Shown here: positions 37,185 to 47,617 of the stretch, piece by piece | How positions within the stretch are numbered: position 1 is the stretch's first letter | Layout: every line of letters begins with the position of its first letter | Assembly: GCA_003282155.1 (NCBI GenBank) | Contig: QBZY01000001.1 | Span: 172,312-236,311, forward strand | Source of the DNA: Pelagibacteraceae bacterium AG-337-I02 | Lineage (GTDB): Bacteria; Pseudomonadota; Alphaproteobacteria; HIMB59; GCA-002718135 | Reading direction: 5' to 3' | DNA: 64,000 nucleotides | Made by a program: the position numbers and the translations under genes | Notes under the pieces: model-generated | Told to the model about the DNA's origin: nothing | Database searches by the model: none | Seen by the model: only the letters and a program-made list of their open reading frames with translations

Positions 37185-39827
37185 ATGAAAAATACAAATT
37201 CTTTTAATTCAGAAGACACAATTGAAATAAACCATAAAAAATTCAAATATTTTAATTTAATTAAGGCGGCTGAGTATTTTCAGATTGATATTAGTAGAAC
37301 TCCAATTTCAATTAAAATAATAATTGAAAATCTCCTTAGAAATGAAGATGGAGAGAATATAACTAAAGACATGATTTCTAAAGTTTTCTCTTTTTTAAAA
37401 CAAACTAAAAAAAACCGAGAAAAGGTTGAAATATCATTTTTTCCAACGCGTGTTCTAATGCAGGATTTTACAGGTGTGCCTGCTGTTGCAGACCTTGCTG
37501 CTATGCGAAATGCATTAAAATCAAGAGGGATTGAACCAAAAAAAATAAATCCTTTGTCTAGGGTTGATCTGGTTATTGATCACTCTGTAATGGTAGATAA
37601 CTATAAAGATAATAATGCACTAAAAGAAAATGTTAGAAAGGAATTTGATAGAAATAAAGAAAGATATGAATTTCTGAAATGGGGACAAAGTTCTTTTGAT
37701 AATTTTTATCTAGTGCCTCCAGGGGCAGGAATTTGCCATCAGGTAAATCTAGAAAATATATCTAAGACTGTGTGGTTCAAGGAAATTAATAAACAAAACT
37801 ACTTATTTCCAGACTCTGTGGTAGGAACTGATAGTCATACAACAATGGTTAATTCTCTCTCTGTTTTAGGGTGGGGAGTTGGAGGAATAGAAGCTGAGGC
37901 CGCTATGTTAGGTCAACCAATTTCAATGAATATTCCAGATGTAATTGGTTTTGAGCTTAAAGGTTCTTTGAAAGAAGGAATTACAGCAACAGATCTAGTT
38001 TTATCAATTACTAAAATTCTTAGAGATAAAGGGGTTGTAGGTAAATTTGTAGAATTTTATGGAAAAGGTCTAAAAAATTTATCTTTAGCAGATAGGGCAA
38101 CAATTTCTAACATGGCCCCAGAATATGGAGCAACTTGTGGATTTTTTCCAACGGATGAAGAAACAATTAATTATCTTAAATTAACTGGCAAAGAAAGTGA
38201 GCACCTTAATATCGTTGAAGAATATTCAAAAAAACAAACTCTTTGGGTAGATGATAATTATTCACCTGATTTTTCTGACAAAATATTATTAGATTTAGAT
38301 ACAGTCGAACCTACCCTTGCTGGTCCAAAAAGACCTCAAGATAAAATTCTTTTAAAAGAAGTTCCAAACCAATTTAGCAAGATAGATAATAAAAAAATTA
38401 TAAATAAGAATGAATTAAATACAGGTGATGTTGTTATAGCAGCTATCACTAGTTGTACTAATACATCTAATCCTAATGTTATGATTGCAGCAGGACTAGT
38501 TGCTAAAAAAGCAATTGACTATGGTTTAAAGGTAAAGCCTTGGGCTAAGACAAGTTTAGCTCCAGGAAGTAAAGTTGTTAGTGACTATCTAGATAAAGCT
38601 GGATTGACAGAATATCTTGATACCTTAGGATTCAATACGGTTGGCTATGGATGCACAACTTGTATTGGTAATTCCGGACCATTAGATCAATGGGTATCTA
38701 ATGAAATCAAAAAAAATAAATTAACTGTTTGTTCAGTTTTATCTGGAAATAGAAACTTTGAAGGCAGAGTACACCAAGAAGTGAAAGCAAATTTTCTTGC
38801 CTCACCTCCTCTTGTTGTAGCATATGCTATTGCAGGCAATATTAATGTTAACCTAACAACTGACTCCCTTGGTAAATCTAAATCTGGAAAAGAGATATTT
38901 TTAAAAGACCTATGGCCTTCTAATAAAGAAGTCAACCAAACACTTAATAAGTGTTTAACTCCAAAAATGTTTAAAGAAAGATATAAAGAAATTTACAAAG
39001 GTGATGATAACTGGAAATCAATTAACAGTTCTAGAAATACCACTTACGACTGGAATGATACTAGCACTTATATAAAGCACCCACCTTTCTTTGATGTGCA
39101 AAATAAATTTGATTTAAACGATATAAAAGAAGCAAGAATACTAGCATTGTTAGGTGATAGCGTAACAACAGATCATATTTCTCCTGCGGGAAGTATCAAG
39201 GAAGATAGTCCAGCTGGCCACTATTTAACAGACAGACAAATTAATTCTAGAAATTTCAATTCCTATGGTTCAAGACGTGGCAATCATGAAATTATGATGA
39301 GAGGCACATTTGCAAATATTAGAATCAAGAACCAAATTTTAGATAATGTTGAAGGAGGATATACTAAATCATTTATTTCAAATAAACAAATGTCAATTTA
39401 TGATGCAGCACAAGAGTATATAAAAGGTAATATTGATACGGTGATAATAGCAGGTAAGGAATATGGTACTGGATCATCAAGGGATTGGGCAGCTAAGGGA
39501 ACAAGACTATTAGGCGTAAAAGCGGTAATTGCTGAAAGCTTTGAGAGGATTCATAGGTCAAATCTTATAGGAATGGGAGTTTTACCTCTTGAATTTACTC
39601 AAACACAAAATAAAGAAAACTTAAATATTAAAGGTAAAGAAACTATAACTATATCTGGTTTAGCTGAACTAAAGCCTGGAATTATTCTTAATTGTGAAAT
39701 TCATGCAGCAAAAACTAAAGTTATAAGTTTAAAGTGTAGAATAGATACAAACAAAGAGCTAGAATACTACAAAGCTGGAGGAATTTTAAACTACGTTTTA
39801 AATGAAATAATATCAGAAGCTGCTTAG
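37185..39827 (+). CDS. acnA: Aconitate hydratase A
   Basis: 880-aa ORF with GTDSHTTM, ITSCTNTSNP, GCTTCIGNSG, VLSGNRNFEGR and GSSRDWAAKG. Confidence 0.95.
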   Translation: MKNTNSFNSEDTIEINHKKFKYFNLIKAAEYFQIDISRTPISIKIIIENLLRNEDGENITKDMISKVFSFLKQTKKNREKVEISFFPTRVLMQDFTGVPAVADLAAMRNALKSRGIEPKKINPLSRVDLVIDHSVMVDNYKDNNALKENVRKEFDRNKERYEFLKWGQSSFDNFYLVPPGAGICHQVNLENISKTVWFKEINKQNYLFPDSVVGTDSHTTMVNSLSVLGWGVGGIEAEAAMLGQPISMNIPDVIGFELKGSLKEGITATDLVLSITKILRDKGVVGKFVEFYGKGLKNLSLADRATISNMAPEYGATCGFFPTDEETINYLKLTGKESEHLNIVEEYSKKQTLWVDDNYSPDFSDKILLDLDTVEPTLAGPKRPQDKILLKEVPNQFSKIDNKKIINKNELNTGDVVIAAITSCTNTSNPNVMIAAGLVAKKAIDYGLKVKPWAKTSLAPGSKVVSDYLDKAGLTEYLDTLGFNTVGYGCTTCIGNSGPLDQWVSNEIKKNKLTVCSVLSGNRNFEGRVHQEVKANFLASPPLVVAYAIAGNINVNLTTDSLGKSKSGKEIFLKDLWPSNKEVNQTLNKCLTPKMFKERYKEIYKGDDNWKSINSSRNTTYDWNDTSTYIKHPPFFDVQNKFDLNDIKEARILALLGDSVTTDHISPAGSIKEDSPAGHYLTDRQINSRNFNSYGSRRGNHEIMMRGTFANIRIKNQILDNVEGGYTKSFISNKQMSIYDAAQEYIKGNIDTVIIAGKEYGTGSSRDWAAKGTRLLGVKAVIAESFERIHRSNLIGMGVLPLEFTQTQNKENLNIKGKETITISGLAELKPGIILNCEIHAAKTKVISLKCRIDTNKELEYYKAGGILNYVLNEIISEAA

Positions 39828-39831
39828 TTGC

Positions 39832-42381
39832 ATGTCCAATGATTATGAGAATTTATTAGCTATACTTGGGCCTACTAATACAGGAAAAACCTTTACAGCA
39901 TTTGAAAAATTATTTTCTTATTCTTCTGGAATTTTTGGCTTTCCCCTAAGATTACTTGCTAGGGAGAATTACGATAAAGCAGTAAAAAGAATCGGACTCA
40001 GCAATGTAGCATTAATTACTGGTGAAGAAAAAATTTTTCCAAAAGAAGCAAAATATTTTTTTTGTACTGTTGAATCTATGCCAAACAATATTTCTGTTGA
40101 ATGTGTAATTATTGATGAAATTCAGCTTTCAGCAGATTATGAAAGAGGGCATATTTTTACAGATAGAATCCTAAATTTAAGAGGAAATTTCCAAACTATT
40201 TTTTTAGGGTCCTTGAATATAGAAAATATCTTAAAAAAAATATATCCAAAGATTTCTATTGAAAAAAAAAATCGCTTCTCCCAACTTACATTTCTGAGAA
40301 AACAAAATTTTTCTAAACTAGAACCAAGATCAGCAATAATAGCATTCAATATTAATAAAGTTTACGAAATTGCTGAAAATATTAGAACCCATAAAGGTGG
40401 AACAGCAGTTGTTCTAGGTTCACTTAGTCCAAGGACAAGAAATGCCCAAGTTGAAGTGTATGAAAATAATAATGTTGATTATCTTGTGGCTACAGATGCA
40501 ATTGGTATGGGGTTAAATCTAAACATCAATCATGTAAGTTTTTCCTCTCTAGAAAAATTTGATGGTAAGTATAACCGCAATCTTACTCCAAGTGAATTGG
40601 GTCAAATAGCTGGTAGGGCAGGCCGATATAAACAAGATGGAACCTTTAGCTATACTAAGGAAGCAGGTAATTTAGATCCTTTAACTATACTACAAATAGA
40701 AAATCATAACTTTGATAATATTCAAAAAATATATTGGAGGAATAGTGATTTAGATTTTAACTCAATTGATTCATTATTATCTTCATTAAAGAAATATCCA
40801 ATACACAATTATCTCATACATAAGAAGAATGCACTAGACGAAGTTAACTTTCGAAACCTAATTAATGACAGTGAAATAAAAAGATTTCTAGTGTCAAAAA
40901 GAAACATAGAGTTATTATGGAAAATTTGCCAAATTCCAGATTTTGAAAAACTGTTTAATGATAACTATTTATTACTTTTAAAGGATATATATTTAATTCT
41001 AATTGAAAATAATTATCATATTCCTGAAGAATGGATTAATAATAAGGTTAAAAAGCTAAATAACTTTGGCGGGGGAATACCTGAGCTTTCAATCAAAATA
41101 TCCCAAATTAGAACTTGGACATATATTACAAATAATCATAACTGGCTAAAAAATACATATTATTGGAAAGAAAAAACTCAGCAAATAGAGAATGAATTAT
41201 CTGACGAACTGCATAATAGTCTTACAAATAAATTTATAGACTATTCTTCTAAGTTTTTTATCGGAGAAAAAAAATTTCTTAATATTGAGGATATTTTCAT
41301 TAAAAATAACAATGAAATATTTCTAGAAAAGGATAAATATGGTATTATTAGAGGTTTTGATTTAATTGAAGAAAAAAAAATATTTTCACAGTCTCTTTTT
41401 TCGATTAGTAATATAAAAAAATCAGCAAGAAATATGATTAATGAAAAAGTAGAAAATTTTTTAAACTCACCTTTAGATTCAATAAATTGTGGTGATATTA
41501 GTAAATCGAAATTAAAAGACGATACCTTTATTTATTGGGGAGATGAACCTGTTGGAAAGTTAAAAAAAGGTAAATCAATATATAGACCTACTGTAGATGC
41601 TCTAAACTCCGAATATCTATCATCAGAAAATAAATTATTGGTCTCTGCAAAACTTCAAAAATGGTTAGACACTGAAATAAATGAGTCACTTCATCCTCTT
41701 AATAAAAAATTAGATGAGAATATAAATTCAGAAATAAGGGCGATCGCTTTTAATTGTCTTGAAAATTTTGGAAATTATCCAATTGAAAAATTTAAAGATA
41801 TTTTAAAGACCATTTCTCAAGATAGTAGAAATCAACTTTCTAAATTAGGAATTAGAATTGGTGCAAAATATTTTTTTATACCAAATCTATTAAAGAAAAA
41901 ACCTTTGGAGTTATGTGCAATTTTATGGAAAACATTTTATCAAAACAACATAGATTATTTTCTGCCACTACCTCAAGATGGCAGAGTATCTTTCACATCA
42001 GAAGTTAAAATGCCTGACGATTATTGGCAATCAATTGGTTATATTAACATAAAAAATTTTATATTTAGAATTGATATTTTCGAAAAGATTTTTTTTCTAG
42101 CAAGACAGAAATTAAAACAAGGGCCCTTTTTAGAATCATCTGATCTTATGAATCCAATAGGTTGTAATAGCAATCAATTAAAAGATATAATGATTTTTTG
42201 TGGTTATGAGTATTTAATTATCTCTGATGAAAAGAAACTATATTTTCATTCTAAAAAGAAAAAAGAAACAAAAAAGATTATAAAGAATAAATCTATTAAA
42301 AAAATAGACAAAACAAATAATAAAAATAAAACTAAAAGAGACCCTAATTCTCCTTTTGCAGTTTTAGAAAAACTTCTTTAA
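39832..42381 (+). CDS. SUV3-like ATP-dependent (RNA) helicase with long C-terminal extension
   Basis: 849-aa ORF with Walker A GPTNTGKT, DEIQ, VATDAIGMGLN and GRAGR in the first ~270 aa. The remainder is a low-complexity, K/N-rich extension. Confidence 0.7.
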   Translation: MSNDYENLLAILGPTNTGKTFTAFEKLFSYSSGIFGFPLRLLARENYDKAVKRIGLSNVALITGEEKIFPKEAKYFFCTVESMPNNISVECVIIDEIQLSADYERGHIFTDRILNLRGNFQTIFLGSLNIENILKKIYPKISIEKKNRFSQLTFLRKQNFSKLEPRSAIIAFNINKVYEIAENIRTHKGGTAVVLGSLSPRTRNAQVEVYENNNVDYLVATDAIGMGLNLNINHVSFSSLEKFDGKYNRNLTPSELGQIAGRAGRYKQDGTFSYTKEAGNLDPLTILQIENHNFDNIQKIYWRNSDLDFNSIDSLLSSLKKYPIHNYLIHKKNALDEVNFRNLINDSEIKRFLVSKRNIELLWKICQIPDFEKLFNDNYLLLLKDIYLILIENNYHIPEEWINNKVKKLNNFGGGIPELSIKISQIRTWTYITNNHNWLKNTYYWKEKTQQIENELSDELHNSLTNKFIDYSSKFFIGEKKFLNIEDIFIKNNNEIFLEKDKYGIIRGFDLIEEKKIFSQSLFSISNIKKSARNMINEKVENFLNSPLDSINCGDISKSKLKDDTFIYWGDEPVGKLKKGKSIYRPTVDALNSEYLSSENKLLVSAKLQKWLDTEINESLHPLNKKLDENINSEIRAIAFNCLENFGNYPIEKFKDILKTISQDSRNQLSKLGIRIGAKYFFIPNLLKKKPLELCAILWKTFYQNNIDYFLPLPQDGRVSFTSEVKMPDDYWQSIGYINIKNFIFRIDIFEKIFFLARQKLKQGPFLESSDLMNPIGCNSNQLKDIMIFCGYEYLIISDEKKLYFHSKKKKETKKIIKNKSIKKIDKTNNKNKTKRDPNSPFAVLEKLL

Positions 42382-42401
42382 AGGTATAAAGCAGGTAAAA
42401 T

Positions 42402-42854
42402 TTGATAAACTTTTTAAAAAATATTTTAAATAATCAAAATTCTCAACAGAATGAAGATAATAATAAAAATTTAGAGTTACTTTGTGGTTTGATGGTTGAA
42501 GCCGCTTATACAGATGGTCAAATCGATAGAAGTGAATTAAATAAAATAAAATTGAGTTTGATCAATGTTTTTTCTGAGGATCCAATAGAAGTTAATTTAG
42601 TTCTAGAGGAATCAGTAAAAAACAAAAATAATTCCAAATCCCTTCACCATTATACTTCCTTTATTAATAAAAATTTTGATGAAGATAAGAAACTTCTTCT
42701 TATTGAGGCTTTATGGGAAATTGTATTGTCTGATGGAAAGATTCATGATTTTGAGTCAAATCTTATAAGAAGACTTTCTGGATTACTGTATATTTCTGAT
42801 GTAGACTCTGGAAATGCTAGAAAAAGAGCTCTAGATAAAAAATCGAAAAAATAA
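42402..42854 (+). CDS. TerB-family (tellurite-resistance TerB / DjlA-N-like) protein
   Basis: 150-aa ORF with a TTG start in the ORF track. The duplicated motif [16 protein letters not shown] / [18 protein letters not shown] is characteristic of TerB-like domains. Confidence 0.65.
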   Translation: MINFLKNILNNQNSQQNEDNNKNLELLCGLMVEAAYTDGQIDRSELNKIKLSLINVFSEDPIEVNLVLEESVKNKNNSKSLHHYTSFINKNFDEDKKLLLIEALWEIVLSDGKIHDFESNLIRRLSGLLYISDVDSGNARKRALDKKSKK

Positions 42855-42855
42855 T

Positions 42856-43188
42856 ATGACATACGTTGTTGACGAAAAATGTATAAAATGCAAGCATATG
42901 GACTGTGTAGAGGTTTGTCCTGTAGATTGTTTTTATGAGGGTGAAAATATGCTAGTAATACATCCAGATGAATGTATAGATTGTGGTGTGTGTGAACCTG
43001 AGTGCCCAGTCGAGGCAATTTTATCAGATACAGAAGATGGAATCGAAAAATGGGCTGAAATTAATAGAAAATATTCAGAAATTTGGCCTAATATTAGTGA
43101 AAAAAAAGAACCTCCCTCTGATGCTGAAAAATGGCAGAATGTAAAAGACAAATTTAACAAACACTTTAGTGATAAACCAGGATCATAA
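42856..43188 (+). CDS. fdxA: 7Fe ferredoxin (3Fe-4S + 4Fe-4S)
   Basis: 110-aa ORF with [26 protein letters not shown] ... [12 protein letters not shown], the classic FdxA cysteine pattern. Confidence 0.9.
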   Translation: MTYVVDEKCIKCKHMDCVEVCPVDCFYEGENMLVIHPDECIDCGVCEPECPVEAILSDTEDGIEKWAEINRKYSEIWPNISEKKEPPSDAEKWQNVKDKFNKHFSDKPGS

Positions 43189-43692
43189 ATGAAAAGCAAA
43201 AAAAGTCTTGAATTTAAAATTGCTGAAATTGTAGTTTATCCAAAACATGGGGTTGGTGAAATTACTAAAATTGAAAACATGGAGATATCTAATATAAAAA
43301 CTACTTTTTATGTTGTTAAGATGGAACAATCTAAATTAATTATCAGAGTACCTGTTGATAAAAAAGAAGAAGTTGGACTTAGAAAAATTTCATCAAAAAA
43401 AGTTATAGAAAATGTATATTCTACTCTAAAACTAAAAGCAAAGATTAGAAGAATAATGTGGAGTAGAAGAGCACAGGAATACGAAACAAAAATATTTTCA
43501 GGTGATCCAATAAAAATAGCTGAAGTTGTAAGAGATTTATTCAGAAAGAGTAGTCAATCCGAACAATCATATAGTGAGAGACAAATGTTTCAAGTAGCTA
43601 TAGAACGTTTGGCAAGAGAGGTAGCTGCAGTTGAAAAAACTGATTATTTTCAATCTACAGAAAAGATCGAACAAATTTTAAATAAAAAATAG
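43189..43692 (+). CDS. carD: CarD/CdnL family RNA polymerase-binding transcription factor
   Basis: 167-aa ORF with an N-terminal Tudor-like VVYPKHGVGEI...YVVKM and a C-terminal helical domain. It follows fdxA, as in other Alphaproteobacteria. Confidence 0.85.
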   Translation: MKSKKSLEFKIAEIVVYPKHGVGEITKIENMEISNIKTTFYVVKMEQSKLIIRVPVDKKEEVGLRKISSKKVIENVYSTLKLKAKIRRIMWSRRAQEYETKIFSGDPIKIAEVVRDLFRKSSQSEQSYSERQMFQVAIERLAREVAAVEKTDYFQSTEKIEQILNKK

Positions 43693-43696
43693 TATC

Positions 43697-44509
43697 TTGG
43701 ATAGTAATAGCAATTTTGTAGAGCTAAATCAATCGGGCAAAATTTGGGCAATAGGTTCTATACATTCAAATTTGAGCTCTTTTAATTCAATTAAGAAATA
43801 TATTTTAAAAAAATTTAATAATAACGATAAATTAATTTTTTTGGGCAATATTATTGGACTTGGAGATAATTCAAAAGAAACATTATCAAGTGTAATTGAT
43901 TTGAGATTTAGCCTAATGTCAAAATTTAAACTAAAATCTGACTCAATTATTTTTTTAAGAGGAGCTCAAGAAGAAATGTTTAGTAAGCTATTGCAATTGC
44001 AATTAGCACCTAATCCTGTAGAAATTGTAAAATGGATGTTTGATCATGGAGTTAACAAAAGCATTAATTCATATGGATTTGTTGAGGACGAAATAAGAAA
44101 TATTGCTTCTACAGGTACAATTAAAATTACTAAGTGGACATCTAATCTTAATAAAGTTTTAAAGAGCAACCCTGGTCACACTGAATATTTTCTAAATTTA
44201 AAACATGCAGCATATTCCCAATCAAAAAAGATTCTTTTTGTTAATAGAGGTGTAGATATAACAAGGCCCCTATCTGCACAAAATGATTGTTTTTGGTGGG
44301 GTTATCAAAATTTTTCAAAGCTTCAAAAACCTTATAATACATTTTTAAAAATTGTTAGGGGATATGAATCTGAACATAATGATGAACAAAAAATATCTAA
44401 TAAGAGTATTGTCTGTACACTTTTCAAACAACCTTTATCTACAAAGACAATATTATGTGGAGTTTTCAGAGAAAATGGAGAAATATTAGATTTATTTGAA
44501 AATAATTGA
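43697..44509 (+). CDS. Metallophosphoesterase (PPP/ApaH-like)-fold protein with degenerate catalytic motifs
   Basis: 270-aa ORF with a TTG start 4 nt after the carD stop; there is no in-frame ATG near the 5' end. IWAIGSIHSN, LIFLGNIIGLGDNS and IIFLRGAQEEM occupy the positions of the GDxHG, GDxxDRG and GNHE motifs, but the metal and catalytic residues are replaced. Confidence 0.45.
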   Translation: MDSNSNFVELNQSGKIWAIGSIHSNLSSFNSIKKYILKKFNNNDKLIFLGNIIGLGDNSKETLSSVIDLRFSLMSKFKLKSDSIIFLRGAQEEMFSKLLQLQLAPNPVEIVKWMFDHGVNKSINSYGFVEDEIRNIASTGTIKITKWTSNLNKVLKSNPGHTEYFLNLKHAAYSQSKKILFVNRGVDITRPLSAQNDCFWWGYQNFSKLQKPYNTFLKIVRGYESEHNDEQKISNKSIVCTLFKQPLSTKTILCGVFRENGEILDLFENN

Positions 44510-44540
44510 TCCATTTAACAAATCCTACGTATAATATTAT

Positions 44541-45407
44541 ATGAGTTTCTCTAAATACTTCTTCTCTAATAATCTCATAGAGATGTCAAAGAAAGCTGAT
44601 ATCCTTGAAAAAGATGAGGAATTTAAACTAATTGACGACTGGCGAGATAATAGAACTCCTAAGTCACTTCAAAAAATACTTAGCTCTTATCTAAGATTAG
44701 CTGTTTCTTATGCAAGGAAATATTCAAGTTATGGCCTTCCAATTGATGATTTAATTCATGAGGGTGTTCTCGGTATAATGCATGCACTAGACAAATTTGA
44801 CACAAGCAAAGACTTTAGGTTGTCAACATATGCATCCTGGTGGATTAGAGCTTCTATTCAGGATTACATTTTAAAAAATTGGTCTGTTGTTAGGACTGGC
44901 TCGACAGCCTCTCAAAAAGCCCTGTTTTTTAATCTTAAAAAAATAAAACAGCAAATTAACGATGTATCAAGTGAATTTATGGGCCAGGATGAAATAAACA
45001 AAGTATCAAATATGCTAAATGTTAAATCGTTAGAAGTTCAAAATATGGAATCTAGACTGACAGGTGGTGATTTACACCTTAACCAAAAAGTAGATAATGA
45101 TACTGAGAACGACCTAATGAGCTTATTAGCTGATGAGCGTCAAAACCCTGAAGAAAGTTTTGAAGACTATAACGACAAAAAAATTAAAAAAGACTTTATT
45201 CACAAAGCCATTAATACACTTAATAAAAGAGAAAAAACTATTATTGAACTAAGAAAATTTAAAGAAAAAAGTATTACTTTAGACGAATTGGGCAAAACAT
45301 TAAAAATAAGCAAAGAAAGAGTTAGGCAAATTGAAACCAAAGCGCTTGAAAAATTAAAAAAATCCCTTCTTGAAATTTCACAGCAAAACAAAGAATTTTT
45401 TATTTGA
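44541..45407 (+). CDS. rpoH: RNA polymerase sigma-32 (heat-shock) factor RpoH
   Basis: 288-aa ORF with region 2 (STYASWWIRASIQDYI), an RpoH-box-like TASQKALFFNLKK and a region 4.2 HTH (LDELGKTLKISKERVRQIE). Confidence 0.9.
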   Translation: MSFSKYFFSNNLIEMSKKADILEKDEEFKLIDDWRDNRTPKSLQKILSSYLRLAVSYARKYSSYGLPIDDLIHEGVLGIMHALDKFDTSKDFRLSTYASWWIRASIQDYILKNWSVVRTGSTASQKALFFNLKKIKQQINDVSSEFMGQDEINKVSNMLNVKSLEVQNMESRLTGGDLHLNQKVDNDTENDLMSLLADERQNPEESFEDYNDKKIKKDFIHKAINTLNKREKTIIELRKFKEKSITLDELGKTLKISKERVRQIETKALEKLKKSLLEISQQNKEFFI

Positions 45408-45438
45408 TACAAAATTTAATTAATTATAAAACAAGGAA

Positions 45439-45969
45439 ATGATTAGAATCTTATTTCTTGTTTTAATTACTTTAAATCCAATAGTAGTTTTAGCGAAGGG
45501 ATCAAGCGTATTTGGATTAGGCATTTATGATGTTAAACTTGATGGATCCAATCCACATGATACTTTTGATTTAAGATATGAATTAAGATTAGATAAATCA
45601 ATCTTAGACATAGGCCCAGAAGAGGATAACTTCTTTTTTTTAAAACCTTTCTTTGGGGCAGAATATTCTAGTGATTCAGCATATTTTTTATTAACTGGAA
45701 TTTATATTGAAGATAATTTAGGGCAATTAATTGATGGAGAAAAAAACAAATTTTATTTTACCCCAAGTTTTGGGGGAGGTTTTTACCACGATGGTTCAGG
45801 AAAAAACTTAGGTAATGATCTTCAATTTAGAACTTCTTTAGAAGTTAGTTATAAATTAAAAAATGCAAATCGAATTGGTGTTTCTTGGAGTCATATTTCT
45901 AATGCAAATATTGGAAATTCTAATCCTGGAGTTGAAGTTTTAAGTTTTTCATATCATATTCCTTTTTAA
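45439..45969 (+). CDS. Outer-membrane acyloxyacyl hydrolase / lipid A 3-O-deacylase (PagL)-like protein
   Basis: 176-aa ORF with a signal peptide, an alternating beta-strand pattern, a C-terminal WSHISNANIG (PagL His/Ser block) and a terminal aromatic residue (HIPF). Confidence 0.55.
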   Translation: MIRILFLVLITLNPIVVLAKGSSVFGLGIYDVKLDGSNPHDTFDLRYELRLDKSILDIGPEEDNFFFLKPFFGAEYSSDSAYFLLTGIYIEDNLGQLIDGEKNKFYFTPSFGGGFYHDGSGKNLGNDLQFRTSLEVSYKLKNANRIGVSWSHISNANIGNSNPGVEVLSFSYHIPF

Positions 45970-45973
45970 AAAT

Positions 45974-46951
45974 TTAAATCAACTTACTTTCACTCACAAA
46001 TTTTACTAATAAATCTTCTATTAATTTTATTTTTTTATTTTTCATATAATCATTAATTTTTGATTTGTAGATTTTACTATTAGGCACTGAAAAGAAAATA
46101 TTTAATAGTGGACTCAATAATCTAAAAATAGATTCAAACCCAACTTTTGTATTTATATATTCAAAATATTTATGAATTACTTTTTCATCAATTATCCTTT
46201 TTTTTTCCTCTTTGTATATTTTATTATCAACTTCTTTTAATAAAAACGGATTTTTCTTTATTAATCTTCCAATCATAACTCCATCAAACTCGTTTAAAAG
46301 CATTTCTGCTTCATCTAAACCATTTATACCACCATTTATTATAAACTCTATTTTTGGATATCTTGTTTTAATTTTTTTTACATAATTATAGTTTAGTGGA
46401 GGTATAGATCTATTTGCTTGAGGACTTATTCCGCTTAAAATAGCATTTCTTGCATGAACATAAATTATTTTTATTCCAGATTTTGCTATCTCATCGATAA
46501 ATGCTTCAAAAAAATCATAATTTAACTCTCTTCCTAATCCTAACCTACATTTCAAGGTAGCCTCAATTTTATCATTTTGTAAAGCTTCAATACAATTTCT
46601 AACAAGTATCTTATCTTTCATAAGGCATGCCCCAAAACTACCCTTTTGTACAGCTTTGCTTGGACACCCAACATTAAGATTTATTTCATCATAATCATAA
46701 TCTAAAGCTATTTTTGAAGCTATTTGTAAATCTTTTATTTCAGACCCGCCTACTTGAAGAGCTACTGGATTATTAAAATCATTATTAATTATGCTGTCTC
46801 TGTTTTTTGAATATATTAATGACTTTACCGCAATCATTTCAGTAAATAAAAAACTTTTTCTAGATAAAATTCTGTACAGTTTTCTTGCATAGGGCGTAGT
46901 ATATCCCATCATTGGAGCTACGCAGAATTTTCTACTAATTTCCTTTTTCAT
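45974..46951 (-). CDS. dusA: tRNA-dihydrouridine synthase A
   Basis: 325-aa ORF with FCVAPMMGYT, EINLNVGCPS, VHARNA and INGGI. The length and N-terminus are DusA-like. Confidence 0.8.
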   Translation of the reverse strand: MKKEISRKFCVAPMMGYTTPYARKLYRILSRKSFLFTEMIAVKSLIYSKNRDSIINNDFNNPVALQVGGSEIKDLQIASKIALDYDYDEINLNVGCPSKAVQKGSFGACLMKDKILVRNCIEALQNDKIEATLKCRLGLGRELNYDFFEAFIDEIAKSGIKIIYVHARNAILSGISPQANRSIPPLNYNYVKKIKTRYPKIEFIINGGINGLDEAEMLLNEFDGVMIGRLIKKNPFLLKEVDNKIYKEEKKRIIDEKVIHKYFEYINTKVGFESIFRLLSPLLNIFFSVPNSKIYKSKINDYMKNKKIKLIEDLLVKFVSESKLI

Positions 46952-46987
46952 AATTTTGATATATAATTAATTTTACTAAATAATAAT

Positions 46988-47617
46988 ATGGAAATACCAA
47001 AATTCTTAATTGAAAGATATCAATTCTGGAAAAAGAATACCTTTGAAGATTATAAAGATATATACCAGCAAGCTTCTAATACTCCACAAAAACCAATTGC
47101 TATGATTATTACTTGTTGTGATTCTAGAATTCTTGAAAATACGATATTTGGTGGAAGTGTTGGAGATTATTTTATACATAGAAATATAGCTAATATAGTA
47201 CCTTCAAAAAATGATAAGGATCAAAATATACAAACATTATCTGCTATAGAATATGCATTAAAAGTTCTAAAAGTTCCAAACTTAATTATTTTAGGCCATT
47301 CAAATTGTGGTGGAGTTGAATATTCTTACAAAACATTATTAGATAAAAAAAATATAAATGATTTTGAATACATAAATCAATGGGTAAGTTGTTTACAAAA
47401 TTCTTACAACAATATCCCAAATGATTTTTCAGAAACTGAAAAAATAACTTTTTTTGAGCAGGAAAATATAAAACAATCAATTAAAAATTTACGTGAATAC
47501 GATTTTATAGATAAATTAATTAATGAAAATAAACTGAATGTAATTGGTTTGTGGTATCAAATAAATTCTGGTTTAATCAAGTTTTTAGATAATAACAGCT
47601 TTATAGATTTAGATTAG
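46988..47617 (+). CDS. Beta-class carbonic anhydrase
   Basis: 209-aa ORF with the CCDSR and GHSNCGG zinc-ligand motifs. Confidence 0.85.
   Translation: MEIPKFLIERYQFWKKNTFEDYKDIYQQASNTPQKPIAMIITCCDSRILENTIFGGSVGDYFIHRNIANIVPSKNDKDQNIQTLSAIEYALKVLKVPNLIILGHSNCGGVEYSYKTLLDKKNINDFEYINQWVSCLQNSYNNIPNDFSETEKITFFEQENIKQSIKNLREYDFIDKLINENKLNVIGLWYQINSGLIKFLDNNSFIDLD

Noticed and set aside
39832-42854. The helicase + TerB-domain gene pair as a possible conflict or defence module.
   Set aside because: The helicase is the SUV3-like type that sits next to fdxA-carD-rpoH in many Alphaproteobacteria and is housekeeping. No nuclease, toxin or other effector domain is present. The composition matches the surrounding core genes.
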